Positions 9,628 through 19,721 of a stretch of DNA of 64,000 bases are shown piece by piece (within the stretch, counting starts at the first letter, position 1; each line of letters opens with the position of its first letter). Under the pieces are notes generated by a model. That model did no database searches. It was not told the origin of the DNA and was given only the letters and a program-made list of their open reading frames with translations. Origin of the DNA: Calditrichia bacterium. GTDB lineage: Bacteria > Calditrichota > Calditrichia > RBG-13-44-9 > J075. Location: NCBI GenBank assembly GCA_028284445.1, contig JANQRS010000068.1, forward strand, positions 205,300 to 269,299. The letters run 5' to 3'. A program made the translations under genes and the position numbers.

Positions 9628-10386
9628 ATGCAGATGATGAAGAAACTAACGCTGACAGCTGCTTTGCTGGTGATGATGACTGCCTGCGTGAACGAGAATC
9701 CCAAGCCACGCTTGTCGCTGTTTATCGGATTGGATATCAGTGGCTCTTTCATCAAAGGCGGACACTTTGATGATGCCCTGGATTTTATGGCTCATTACAT
9801 CTACGGGCATTTGAATGGTATTGGCGGGTTGGATGTCCCACGCACGCTGTTTGTAAGCTCAATAGGTGGCGCCAAGGCCAATGAACCGAAGACTTTTTAT
9901 CCGATACAGACGTTTCAGCACAAGTCGGTTGAAGAAATTCGCGAACAGCTGGCGGAGATTTTTCCGAAAGATAAGATCAATAAATACACCGATTATAATG
10001 CTTTCTTTGAGCAAGTGGCGATGACGGTCAAGAACAAGAACCTGGTCCTAAGACCCATTTCGATTGTGATGGTGAGCGATGGACGGCCTGATACCCGCAA
10101 CAAGGGTGAAACGGATTTCAGCACTATCTCCGTGAAGCCGCTGGAGAACTTGTCGCGCAATGTTACCCTGCGACTACTCTATACAAATGCGGTTATGGGA
10201 AAAAGCTGGCAGATGGACGTCAAGCGCAACAGGGTGAAGGTCTGGACGCAGGATGCCGAAGTGATGACTTCCTGGAAAGATCCAACTATCCTGGAACCGG
10301 AGAAAGCATTTGAAGAACGTGAGCGATTTGTTGCATGGCTGGAGGATAATGTAAACTTCGGCGTGCGTGCTCGACGTGTCGATTAA
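9628..10386 (+). CDS. Lipoprotein with vWA-like (MIDAS) domain
   Basis: Lipobox (MTAC), LFIGLDISGS (DxSxS), TDY, IVMVSDG; 19 bp after the membrane-protein gene. Confidence 0.75.
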   Translation: MQMMKKLTLTAALLVMMTACVNENPKPRLSLFIGLDISGSFIKGGHFDDALDFMAHYIYGHLNGIGGLDVPRTLFVSSIGGAKANEPKTFYPIQTFQHKSVEEIREQLAEIFPKDKINKYTDYNAFFEQVAMTVKNKNLVLRPISIVMVSDGRPDTRNKGETDFSTISVKPLENLSRNVTLRLLYTNAVMGKSWQMDVKRNRVKVWTQDAEVMTSWKDPTILEPEKAFEERERFVAWLEDNVNFGVRARRVD

Positions 10387-10406
10387 AATGACCCCAAACC
10401 CCTCAC

Positions 10407-10452
10407 AAAAAAGACCCCGATTGATGTTTCACAACATCATATCGGGGTCTTC
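10407..10452 (-). terminator. Rho-independent terminator between convergent genes, possibly bidirectional
   Basis: AAGACCCCGATTGATGTT-TCAC-AACATCATATCGGGGTCTT hairpin preceded by an A-run (a U-tail on the minus strand). Confidence 0.8.
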
Positions 10453-10513
10453 AATTAGTCCCTATTGGTATTCAGCGGATATCCTCCCTGATTTATCCTG
10501 GCTCAAATCATAC

Positions 10514-11752
10514 TTACTTGATCAATGCCATCTTGATAGTCTGCTGAACTTGATCTGACTTCATAATCGCAATGTAGACACCAGCAGGTACTACATTACC
10601 AGCGTCAGAAGTGGCATCCCAAACAACTTCATATACACCGGGCTGAACAGCATCGTTATACAACGTCTTAACTTTCTGACCCAATGTGTTGAAGATTTCT
10701 ACCGTAACCGGGGAAAGTTCTTCACGAGTATCGGGCACGTCGAAACGAAGCGTGGTGCTCGGGTTGAAGGGGTTCGGATAATTCTGATGCAATTGGAAAT
10801 CTTGCGGTACGTCTACACCGATGGTTGTCAAGTCGCTGCCGGAACCTTGCGGCTTAGCGCTGATCGGACCGTGCTCGGTGCGTTCACCATTGGCATTGAT
10901 GTCAACAAGCTTATACCAGTAGGTATTGCTGTTGGCAACGTTGCGATCGATAAATGCATATTCCGTTTGTGCATTGGTGTTGAATTGACCTTCCAGGTCT
11001 GCGTTGTTCTGATAAGAAGCGATTTCAGTGTATTCGCCGCCGCGCTCAGTTGCACGCTGAATAGCAAATCCGAGGTTGTTGGATTCACTGGCAGTGGTCC
11101 ACTTAATCGATACCTGGCCATCCTGGCCGGTAGCAGCAAACAGGTAAAGCTGAACTGACAGCCCGCCGTCTGATCCGAGAGTTCCGGGAGAACCGGAATC
11201 ATCACTGATACCAACGATTGCCGGCAAGCTGTAACCAGCTTCACGAACAGTCGTTTCTGCCCAAAGTGCGCCATTGTTGTTGTCAGCAGTCAAATTACCT
11301 GTGAAAACAACCGCACGGCCATTCGGGCTGGGGTGTGTACCATCGTAGTTAACAGTATCGATAGTTGTAAAACCACCGAGGCCGTCCGGAGCTGCCAGGT
11401 GAATTTCGTCGGTTGCGTTTGCCAGGATGAAACCGTCGCCATAGACATAATCAGCCGTGTAATCGCCATTCTCGGCGGTATTACCATTACGGCCAAAAAC
11501 GAAGTGGCTGAAGGGTTCTGCGATAGCCGAAGAGGTGACAAATACAGTGTCACCACCAGTACCGGCATCAGCAATACGCCAACCATTGAAATCGATTTGG
11601 TTCGGAGTATTGTTGAATACTTCAAACCATTCACCATCAGAATCCGATACATCCTGTGGATTCTTCATAATTTCGACGATAATGACATCACCCGGACTTT
11701 GGGCAAACGCCACTGTCATCATAACCAATAAGAACGTAACTATGAACCTCAT
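10514..11752 (-). CDS. Secreted protein: lamin-tail-like domain plus C-terminal FlgD/T9SS-type sorting domain
   Basis: Signal peptide, VIIVEIMKNP...DGEWFEVFN (LTD), W.TASE.NN.GF segment, NYPNPFNPSTT...IFNTLGQKV...GVY; SD GAGGAG before ATG 11752. Confidence 0.88.
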   Translation of the reverse strand: MRFIVTFLLVMMTVAFAQSPGDVIIVEIMKNPQDVSDSDGEWFEVFNNTPNQIDFNGWRIADAGTGGDTVFVTSSAIAEPFSHFVFGRNGNTAENGDYTADYVYGDGFILANATDEIHLAAPDGLGGFTTIDTVNYDGTHPSPNGRAVVFTGNLTADNNNGALWAETTVREAGYSLPAIVGISDDSGSPGTLGSDGGLSVQLYLFAATGQDGQVSIKWTTASESNNLGFAIQRATERGGEYTEIASYQNNADLEGQFNTNAQTEYAFIDRNVANSNTYWYKLVDINANGERTEHGPISAKPQGSGSDLTTIGVDVPQDFQLHQNYPNPFNPSTTLRFDVPDTREELSPVTVEIFNTLGQKVKTLYNDAVQPGVYEVVWDATSDAGNVVPAGVYIAIMKSDQVQQTIKMALIK

Positions 11753-12326
11753 AGTAAACTCCTCTTTTGATTTGTTTAACGGAAAACCAAATCTTGAGCC
11801 AGATTCAGTACTTGAGTTGATAATGGATTCAAAGATTGATAGGTCTTGCACTCATTGAGGTAGGCTTAAAATAACTTCTGCCTTAAATCGCCTTGTGATT
11901 TAGCGAACATATTGCAGAAGGCTCTCAAAAATTTCTTCAGGTTTTCTAGAGGACGGTCGACGGCTCCCTGATTTCACAGGAATTAGATATTTTCTTGGTA
12001 GATCACGTCTCCCTAAGAATTTGTTTATAATGTGTTTATGGCTTGGTTTGGGAAGGGCTGGACGAGCTGCTCAGCTATTGCTAAACCTCAGAATTGGGTG
12101 AAATTTGCGGGTGATATGATAGTGCTTTGCAGGCGGTCGATTGCGTGTACTAACGTACACGTGTTGATTTGTTGTTTCGTGATGAAAATTGAGTGAGTAG
12201 TTGGTCCTTATTTTTCCCTTCAATTGCAAGAGAATTGATATCTGTTTGTAATACATCTTTAATGTCATATACCGGTTAGGCCAAATTCGTGATTTGCAGC
12301 AAATTTGCGGTGAATTGAGGACCTAT

Positions 12327-13055
12327 CTATAATTTTAGTCGGCGAAAAAGGGTATCGGGCATTGTTTTGAAGAGCCAGGCAATAAGTCGCCAGCGTTTTG
12401 TGATATAAACCAGGCTCTTGCGCTGCTCAATAGCAGAAACAATTTGTTTGCATGCTCTTTCCGTCGTCGCCATCCAGAATAATTTGCCTCTGCCGGCGGT
12501 CATTTCGCTTTCAACAAAGCCGGGACGGACGTCTGTAACGGCAATATCCCAATTGCGGCCATGAGATTGTTGCCTGAGTCCTTGCATATAGGTGCTGATA
12601 AAGGCCTTTGATGCGCTGTAGGTGGCAACGCTACCAAATCCTGCTTGTGAAGCGACCGAAGATATACCGACGATTTGGCCCTGGCCTCTTTCCCGAAAGT
12701 AATGCATGGCCATATTGGCGATCGCCACGAAGCCGGTCACATTTATATCAATGAGGTAGCGTTCTTTTTCCCAATCGCCCCATTTTTCCGAAACACCGGC
12801 GTTTATTATAATGATATCAACGTCTTCCATTTCCTTTATCAGTTCATCCAGAATGTGCCGCGCCTCGTCAGCTTCTGCGACATCCATGGCCCTGGTAAAA
12901 CTTTTTGATGGAAGAGATTGTTGAATTTGTTTTAGCAGTTCAACCCGCCTTCCGGTAAGTCCCAATTCATATCCTTTGGCGGAAAGTTGTTTTGCCAGTT
13001 CCAGGCCAATACCGGAACTGGCGCCGATGATGATTGCTCGTTTGCTATTTTTCAT
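12327..13055 (-). CDS. Short-chain dehydrogenase/reductase
   Basis: GASSGIG, INAG and YSASK motifs. Confidence 0.93.
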   Translation of the reverse strand: MKNSKRAIIIGASSGIGLELAKQLSAKGYELGLTGRRVELLKQIQQSLPSKSFTRAMDVAEADEARHILDELIKEMEDVDIIIINAGVSEKWGDWEKERYLIDINVTGFVAIANMAMHYFRERGQGQIVGISSVASQAGFGSVATYSASKAFISTYMQGLRQQSHGRNWDIAVTDVRPGFVESEMTAGRGKLFWMATTERACKQIVSAIEQRKSLVYITKRWRLIAWLFKTMPDTLFRRLKL

Positions 13056-13131
13056 TTCTGAGTTTATCGTTGCCGGTCATTATCTGCAAGCCGTATTTTA
13101 GGTCCATCACCCTTAAAATTGGCGGAATCCT

Positions 13132-14247
13132 ATGAAGCCCTTTAAGATTGAGCGCTATTTTGCGAAATATGAATTCAGCGCCAAATATTTGCTGAGTTGT
13201 TCTGATTGCGAAAGCCTGACCTTGCCGGAGCTGTTAGCCTTGGCGTCTCCGCAAGACCGTGACAGATTCGAATCCCTTCACTTGGGATATACTGAGTCGC
13301 CGGGCTTGCCGGATCTAAGAGAGGCCATCGCCGGTCGCTACGAAACCGCCTCTGGCGATGACGTGCTGATCATGACGCCCGAGGAAGGTATCTATGTTAC
13401 TATGCGGGCCTTGCTGCAACCGGGGCAAGATGTTATCTGCGTATATCCAGCGTATCAGTCGCTGTATGAAGTTGCCGCGGATAAAGGCTGCCGTATTATA
13501 CAGTGGCCTATATATAAGGACGGCGGTCGTTGGCAGATTGATATAGATTTTCTCCGTGACCATGTTTCTGCAAATACCGGCATGATTATCATCAATTTCC
13601 CGCATAATCCAACTGGTTTTATGCCGGATCATAGCCAATTTCAAGCCATTATCGATATCGCACGGGAAAATAACCTCTACCTGTTTAGCGATGAGATGTA
13701 TCGCCTTCTGGAGCATAATCCTGACGGCAGATTACCGGCAATGGTAGACTCATACGAAAAAGGCATATCCTTGAGTGGTTTGTCGAAAGCCTACTCCTTG
13801 CCGGGGTTGCGAATTGGCTGGGTGGCTTTGAAAGATAGTGAGGCTCGTCGGTGTATTCTGGGATATAAGGACTATACAACCATCTGCAACAACGCCGCCG
13901 GCGAGATTCTGGCTTTGATAGCGATTAAGAATGCCGACAAACTGGTGCAAGATAACCGAAACTTGCTTGCGGAAAATTTGCGATTGGCTGAAGCGTTCTT
14001 CCAGCGCTATGCGAATATTTTTGAATGGCTGCCGCCGCTTGGCAGCCCCGTGACTTTTCCACGCTTGCTTCTGGAGACATCCGTTGATGATTGGTGCCGG
14101 CATATCGTTGAATCTCAGAGCATCATGGTATTACCTGGGTCCGTATACGATTTTCCGGGGCAGCATTTTCGGATTGGGCTGGGGAGAAGGAACTTTCCCG
14201 AGTCGCTTGCCCAATTAGATAGCTATTTGCAAGGTCCTGGGGGCTAG
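13132..14247 (+). CDS. PLP-dependent class I/II aminotransferase
   Basis: NFPHNPTG, SDEMYR and LSKAYSLPGLRIGW motifs. Confidence 0.92.
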   Translation: MKPFKIERYFAKYEFSAKYLLSCSDCESLTLPELLALASPQDRDRFESLHLGYTESPGLPDLREAIAGRYETASGDDVLIMTPEEGIYVTMRALLQPGQDVICVYPAYQSLYEVAADKGCRIIQWPIYKDGGRWQIDIDFLRDHVSANTGMIIINFPHNPTGFMPDHSQFQAIIDIARENNLYLFSDEMYRLLEHNPDGRLPAMVDSYEKGISLSGLSKAYSLPGLRIGWVALKDSEARRCILGYKDYTTICNNAAGEILALIAIKNADKLVQDNRNLLAENLRLAEAFFQRYANIFEWLPPLGSPVTFPRLLLETSVDDWCRHIVESQSIMVLPGSVYDFPGQHFRIGLGRRNFPESLAQLDSYLQGPGG

Positions 14248-14400
14248 GTCGATGTGAAAACAAAATTTTGCGAATCTCTTCAAAAACCGTTTCATTCACG
14301 ATAAGACGGGTTTAGAAATCTAGAAGGGCTTCGAAAAGTAATTGGAAGGTGGCTTACGCACTTCTAAATCCCTTCAATATATTATTGAGCGGAAAAGATC

Positions 14401-14496
14401 AACACGAATATTCGCGAATAAACACGAATCTGCAACAGCTGTGAATGAAATATAGAATCAGTTGCCCTTTCGCGTAAATTCGTGTTCATTCGTGGT
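14401..14496. repeat. Intergenic hairpin made of 10-bp-period CACGAAT units
   Basis: CACGAATATTCGCGAATAAACACGAAT ... TTCGCGTAAATTCGTGTTCATTCGTG; the same unit occurs at 40836-40863. Confidence 0.7.
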
Positions 14497-14611
14497 AAAT
14501 ATTTTAACTGCAATAGCATGCTTTCCTATCGGGGGGGAATAATCACTCTTTCCAACCAAGTCTGCTTTTCAAGCGCTGCTGAAAAAAACAAAAACTCGAA
14601 CGGAGGCTCTT

Positions 14612-14965
14612 TTGGAACAACATGTAAAAATTGTCGGTGTTTTGAACATTGCTATGGGAATTCTTGCACTGCTGGTAATGGGGGTGGGGGGCCTGCTTGT
14701 TGCCGTTAGCGGAGCGGTTGCCGCTGGACCGGAAGCGAGAGCGCTTCCCGGGTTTATCGGCAGCGCTATGGGGATACTTGGTTTGCTTTTCTCTCTGCCC
14801 GCAATTATCGGTGGCTGGTTTTTGATGCAGCATAAGGAGTGGGCAAGAATACTGATCCTGGTTCTGAGCGCCTTGAATTTGTTGAGCGTTCCTTTAGGCA
14901 CCGCTCTCGGCATTTACGGCTTTTGGGTGTTGTTAAAGCCGGAGGCGTCCAGCTTATTCTCTTGA
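14612..14965 (+). CDS. Small membrane protein (3-4 TM)
   Basis: SD GGAGG before TTG; hydrophobic helices; PLGTALGIYGFWVL end. Confidence 0.8.
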   Translation: MEQHVKIVGVLNIAMGILALLVMGVGGLLVAVSGAVAAGPEARALPGFIGSAMGILGLLFSLPAIIGGWFLMQHKEWARILILVLSALNLLSVPLGTALGIYGFWVLLKPEASSLFS

Positions 14966-14966
14966 T

Positions 14967-16037
14967 CTAGGCGGCTTTCTCGCTGCTCATAAGCACGCTG
15001 AGAAACTTTAGATCGTCGATATTCTCTAACACAATTTTGATAATCACCATCATGGGGATGGCCAGAAACATCCCTATGATTCCCCATAACCATCCCCAGA
15101 AAATTAGCGCAACCAACACCACAATGGGACTAAGGTTGATGCTGTCGCCTATGAGGCGCGGTTCAAGAATATTCCCCACGACAAATTGAATTCCGAAGAG
15201 AACAACGCCCAGCCACAAGACCGTTGCAAAGTCGTCGTACTGAATGGTAGCCACCGTAAGCGGCAAAAGCGTTGCGATAACCGAGCCGACATTTGGGACG
15301 AAGTTTAGAGCGAAGGTGAGAATTCCCCATACGAAGATGAATTCGACGTCGAAAAAGAACAGCACAATCATGACCAATGTGGCAGTCAGTAGGCTAATCA
15401 GGGTTTTGGTAATCAGGTATTTTTGAATTTGCTGATTCATATTGCCAAGAATATCGGAGATTTGTGCGGCAGTTTTCTGCTCAAATGCAATATCCAATTT
15501 GTTGATTAGCTGATTTCGCCCCATTAGCATGAATAAGAGGAAGAGCAGTACCAGGAAGGTGTTTGAAAAGAACTTGCTGACAGAGCCAAGGATGGCGGAA
15601 ATGACACCGGGAATTGAAAAGTCATCAAGTAGTTCGCTGAGTTGGGACCACTGGGATTCGCCGGAGAACACTTCTTCCGATATACCAAAAAGACCAAGGG
15701 TATTATCCGCCAATGCGTTGATGCGCGGCGTGTATTTCGGCAATTCCTGGGTGAAGCTGTTGATATTGGCCACCACAATGCTACCCATAAAGACTAAGAC
15801 CGTGGTCGTAATCGTAATTGCCAGTATAATGGATATCATGCTTGGAACATGCCGCTTCTCGAAGAAGCTGATGATTGGATCAAGGATAAAGCGTAGAAAG
15901 GCCGCAACTGCCAGAGGAATGAAAATGCCACGGGATATATTCAACAAATAGCCAAATGCAAATAAGGCCAGGCCGCCGAGGAGAATGTTGGACATCTCTC
16001 TCGACGACAGAAAATTGCGCTCATTTTCTTCAGGCAT
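14967..16037 (-). CDS. AI-2E family transporter
   Basis: LNFVPNVGS, QFVVGNILEPRLIG and WGWLWGIIGMFLAIP motifs. Confidence 0.92.
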   Translation of the reverse strand: MPEENERNFLSSREMSNILLGGLALFAFGYLLNISRGIFIPLAVAAFLRFILDPIISFFEKRHVPSMISIILAITITTTVLVFMGSIVVANINSFTQELPKYTPRINALADNTLGLFGISEEVFSGESQWSQLSELLDDFSIPGVISAILGSVSKFFSNTFLVLLFLLFMLMGRNQLINKLDIAFEQKTAAQISDILGNMNQQIQKYLITKTLISLLTATLVMIVLFFFDVEFIFVWGILTFALNFVPNVGSVIATLLPLTVATIQYDDFATVLWLGVVLFGIQFVVGNILEPRLIGDSINLSPIVVLVALIFWGWLWGIIGMFLAIPMMVIIKIVLENIDDLKFLSVLMSSEKAA

Positions 16038-16053
16038 CGGGGTGTCTCGTCTT

Positions 16054-16533
16054 TTATTTGAGTTTTTCAAGCAAGGTTTCGCGCACCATTCTTATTGCAT
16101 CTTCCAGCTCTTCCAGGCCTTCTACACCATCAACAGCGCCGTCTTTGATGGCTTTCTCTGCAGATCTCAATTTCTTGTCGACTTCTTCCCAGGACGCTGT
16201 CGATTCATCTTCGATCGTTTTATAGAATGAGCTGAGTCCTTCGCGAAGATTTCCGACTTTTTTGCTCAATTCTTCACGCTTTTCGTCGGTCAATTCTTCT
16301 TTCAGGGCTTTCTTTAACTCATCAATCTCATCCATGTTGTTGATTACTGATTCAACCAGTTTTCCCTTTACTTCATCGAACACCTTATTGGTTTGCTCGT
16401 TGACTTCGTCCTTGACCTTATCCATCATATTGCCGACTTTTTCATCGAGCGATTCCTCACAACCGCTGATTGCAAAAAACAAACAGCAGGAGATGATAGC
16501 TGCAGCTGCCCGTTTAATGGCTGTCGATCTCAT
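16054..16533 (-). CDS. Helical/coiled-coil lipoprotein of unknown function
   Basis: SD AAGGAGG, lipobox ISGC, E/K-rich amphipathic helices. Confidence 0.75.
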   Translation of the reverse strand: MRSTAIKRAAAAIISCCLFFAISGCEESLDEKVGNMMDKVKDEVNEQTNKVFDEVKGKLVESVINNMDEIDELKKALKEELTDEKREELSKKVGNLREGLSSFYKTIEDESTASWEEVDKKLRSAEKAIKDGAVDGVEGLEELEDAIRMVRETLLEKLK

Positions 16534-16709
16534 TGATTTTCCTCCTTTTACGGGTGGTATTAGGGAATTATAGCGAAGCAGGTGCTTTTTGGCAACTGAT
16601 TTGAAAAACGTCGCTTTCCTGTCGAAGCTTTCTAAAAGCATCGGGGAATAACACATAGGTGTGCTTTCCAGACACTTGATGGGCGTGCTGATAATAACGA
16701 AAGGAAGCT

Positions 16710-17159
16710 ATGGCGAACTTAATCTTCCTCGCCAATCTGGCCACAACCCTGATGATGACCGGCTTGATTTGGTTTATTCAAATTGTGCACTATCCGCTCT
16801 TCGCCAGGGTGGGAGAACCGGACTTTGCACTCTATGCCAGGGCGCATAGTCATATGACGACCTGGGTAGTTTTTCCACTGATGACCGTCGAACTGGTCAC
16901 GACAGTGATGTTGTTGATTCAGCGGCCGACTGTAATCAGCGCACAAATGGCCTGGATTGGATTGATTCTGGTCGTGATTATTTGGGGGGCGACGGGCCTT
17001 CTTTCGGTGCCACAACATAACATACTTGCCAATGGATTCGATGCCGGCGCTCAGCAAAAATTGGTGGCAACCAATTGGGTGCGGACAGTTGCCTGGAGCT
17101 TGCGCAGTGGTCTCGTCTTGTGGTGGACGGCCAAAATCATTGAATCATTGAAGCATTGA
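16710..17159 (+). CDS. Conserved hypothetical membrane protein
   Basis: GLIWFIQIVHYPLF...VPQH...NWVRTVAW pattern with 4 hydrophobic segments. Confidence 0.8.
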   Translation: MANLIFLANLATTLMMTGLIWFIQIVHYPLFARVGEPDFALYARAHSHMTTWVVFPLMTVELVTTVMLLIQRPTVISAQMAWIGLILVVIIWGATGLLSVPQHNILANGFDAGAQQKLVATNWVRTVAWSLRSGLVLWWTAKIIESLKH

Positions 17160-17351
17160 AGCATTGAAAAAACGGTCGGCCGTGGGCGGTTGGCCGTCAA
17201 CGGCGTAGACGTTACAGATTTCAGCCCCGGGTTTGTTTTCTACCCGGGGGAATTGGTCGGTGGCAGGCGGTTGGCAGTCTGTGTCGATTGGCCAGAATTA
17301 TGCGCACAATCCCCCTGCGTTCCCCTTCGAAGGGGGATTCAGGGGGATGTG
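17138..17351. repeat. Compound repeat cluster: octamer tandem, heptamer runs, REP-like family B (17201-17250) and family A (17305-17351)
   Basis: CATTGAA(T/G/A) x4; CGGCGTAGACGTTACAGATTTCAGCCCCGGGTTTGTTTTCTACCCGGGGG; CACAATCCCCCTGCGTTCCCCTTCGAAGGGGGATTCAGGGGGATGTG. Confidence 0.8.
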
Positions 17352-17422
17352 CTGAAGAACGGCCCTGCGCGGCAGAGCCGCGCATGAGAAACCGGTCAAC
17401 GAGTCAACGATTAACTTAGCCC

Positions 17423-18553
17423 CTAAGCCTGCTTTTTCTTCTTCGTTTTGGCAGCCGGCTGTGCAGCCTTATTCATAATACGTTCCTGGATGCGAATGGA
17501 ATTGGCGTGGACCATCTGATAAAAGTCTTTTACAAATTGCTCATCGAGACCCAGGTTTGTGGCGCGACGAATGCGGTCTTCGAAGAGATGATCCCAGCGC
17601 TTTACCTGGTAAATTGTCATGTTCTTTTCTTGCTTATAATGACCGATTTGAGCAGAGATTTCATTCCGCTGCGCTAACAGCTGAATCAGACCATTGTCGA
17701 TGCCGTCGATCTCGGAGCGATATACTTCCAATAAGCTGGTTTCCGGTACGTCACCTGGCTGGCGAAAGGTCAGTGCTGCCAGGATGTCGTTGAGCATGTC
17801 CGGTGTGATTTGCTGCTTGGCATCGCTGAGAGCATTGTCCGGATCAGGATGGGTTTCGATCATGAGCCCATTCATTGCAAGATCGAGTGCTCGTTGAGCA
17901 ACCGTGCCGATAAGGTGGCGATTACCGCAAATGTGGCTGGGGTCGCAAACGATGGGCAGGTTAGGTACAACACGCTTTAATTCGATGGCAATATTCCATT
18001 TGGGGATGTTGCGAAAAGGCGTTTTTTCGAAGGTGCTGAAGCCGCGGTGGATCGCACCGATTCGCTTAATGCCGGCTTTGTTGAGCCGCTCCATCGCCCC
18101 TAGCCAGAGCTGTAGATCGGGATTTACCGGATTTTTTACCCAAACCGGGACGTCTACACCCTTCAGGGCATCAGCTACTTCCTGCACAGAAAAGGGACTT
18201 ACTGTTGAACGGGCACCTACCCATAGTTCATCGATGCCGTGCTTTAATGCTTCATACACGTGATTGGCGTTGGCGACTTCAACAATGGTCTTCAGGCCGG
18301 TCTCTTCTTTTACGGTTTTCATCCACGCCAAGGCTTCTGCCCCAATACCTTCAAAATTGCCGGGACGAGTACGCGGCTTCCAGATGCCGGCGCGAAACAG
18401 GCTGACGCGTTCATTCTCCTTCAACGCACGGGCCGTTTCAACGACCTGCTCTTCACTCTCCGCACTACAGGGCCCGGCCATGATGACCGGTGTTTCCAGA
18501 CGTGACATCCACGCCGGATTCGTCGACAAATCCAGCTCGAAACTCTTACTCAT
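17423..18553 (-). CDS. Bifunctional DAHP synthase (type I-beta) / chorismate mutase
   Basis: AGPCSAE, RAGIWKPRTRP, WVGAR, DPSH and IETHPDP motifs; C-terminal AroQ-type R..ID.ID..LI.LL..R. Confidence 0.95.
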   Translation of the reverse strand: MSKSFELDLSTNPAWMSRLETPVIMAGPCSAESEEQVVETARALKENERVSLFRAGIWKPRTRPGNFEGIGAEALAWMKTVKEETGLKTIVEVANANHVYEALKHGIDELWVGARSTVSPFSVQEVADALKGVDVPVWVKNPVNPDLQLWLGAMERLNKAGIKRIGAIHRGFSTFEKTPFRNIPKWNIAIELKRVVPNLPIVCDPSHICGNRHLIGTVAQRALDLAMNGLMIETHPDPDNALSDAKQQITPDMLNDILAALTFRQPGDVPETSLLEVYRSEIDGIDNGLIQLLAQRNEISAQIGHYKQEKNMTIYQVKRWDHLFEDRIRRATNLGLDEQFVKDFYQMVHANSIRIQERIMNKAAQPAAKTKKKKQA

Positions 18554-18557
18554 GACA

Positions 18558-19721
18558 TTACCTCGCTATATGTTTGATTCGTTCAAATGCTTCGACAATG
18601 CTCTCTTCTGATGCGCAAACAGATACTCGCACGTAGCGACTTCCGTTGCTGCCAAACACCATTCCCGGTGTAAAAAATACATGTGCATTATAAAGGATAC
18701 CGTCAAGCCATTCCTCCACGTTGCTGACCGAATCGGGAACCCGCGCCCACACAAACATGCCGGCAGTGGAAGTACCGCATTGACATCCCAGGTGAGTCAA
18801 AATTTCTTCGATTTTTTTACGTCGCGCTGCATAGCGATCATTTTGTGCCACGTGCCACGACAGCGGCAGACCCAGGGCTTCGATGGCTGCATGTTGCAAG
18901 GGTAAAAACTGCCCGCTATCTATGTTTGACTTTACTTTGAGGATAGTTTGAAGATAATCTTCCCGGGCGGCAATCATGCCAATGCGCCAGCCCGCCATTT
19001 GATGGCCTTTGCTTAGTGAATTTAGCTCAAGGGCACAGTCAAGCGCTTCCTGGTTTGTGAACACGCTCAGCGGGGTGGCGGTTCCGATCAAACTGTAGGG
19101 ATTATCATGACAGAGCAGGAAGCCATGCTTTCGAGCCAGGTCGATCAGTTTGCGAAAATCCTCAGTGCTTGCTGTGGCCCCGGTGGGCATATGCGGATAG
19201 TTGATCCACATGATGCGCAGGCGTCCATTGTCAAGGCCGGCAATCTCTTTTGTATCCGGCAGCCAGCCATTATCAGCCGTTAGATTATAGTGAACGATCT
19301 CTGCGCCGGCGAGGTTGGCGGCGCTGGCGTAGGTTGGATAGCCGGGATTGGGAATTAACACTCTATCACCGGGATTGAGGAAGGCCATGGAGACGTGAAA
19401 GATACCTTCTTTGGAGCCTAACAGCGGCAAGATTTCCCGGTCTGCATCCAGTGCTACCTGGTAGGTGCGCTGATACCACTCTGCAAACGCCCGTCGCAGC
19501 TCGGGGCGTCCCTGGTAGGACTGGTAGCCGTGATGGTTTGGCTGCGACGCGGATTCCTGTAAAGAAGCAATGACTTCATCTGCCGGCGGCAAATCGGGGT
19601 TACCGATGCCGAGGTTGATGATATCCTTTCCTTCCGCCTGAAGACGGCGCACTTCCCGCAGCTTCCGCGAAAAGTAGTATTCTTTTACCGTGCTAAGCCG
19701 ATTGGCTGCTGGTATAATCAT
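18558..19721 (-). CDS. Class I/II aminotransferase, probably aromatic amino acid/prephenate
   Basis: NLGIGNPD, NYPHMPTG, DNPY and SLSKGHQMAGWRIG motifs; lies between pheA and the DAHP synthase gene. Confidence 0.9.
   Translation of the reverse strand: MIIPAANRLSTVKEYYFSRKLREVRRLQAEGKDIINLGIGNPDLPPADEVIASLQESASQPNHHGYQSYQGRPELRRAFAEWYQRTYQVALDADREILPLLGSKEGIFHVSMAFLNPGDRVLIPNPGYPTYASAANLAGAEIVHYNLTADNGWLPDTKEIAGLDNGRLRIMWINYPHMPTGATASTEDFRKLIDLARKHGFLLCHDNPYSLIGTATPLSVFTNQEALDCALELNSLSKGHQMAGWRIGMIAAREDYLQTILKVKSNIDSGQFLPLQHAAIEALGLPLSWHVAQNDRYAARRKKIEEILTHLGCQCGTSTAGMFVWARVPDSVSNVEEWLDGILYNAHVFFTPGMVFGSNGSRYVRVSVCASEESIVEAFERIKHIAR

Noticed and set aside
13132..14247. Aminotransferase as a VioD/capreomycidine synthase-like biosynthetic gene
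   Set aside because: No neighbouring VioC-like oxygenase or NRPS; a generic aminotransferase call is sufficient
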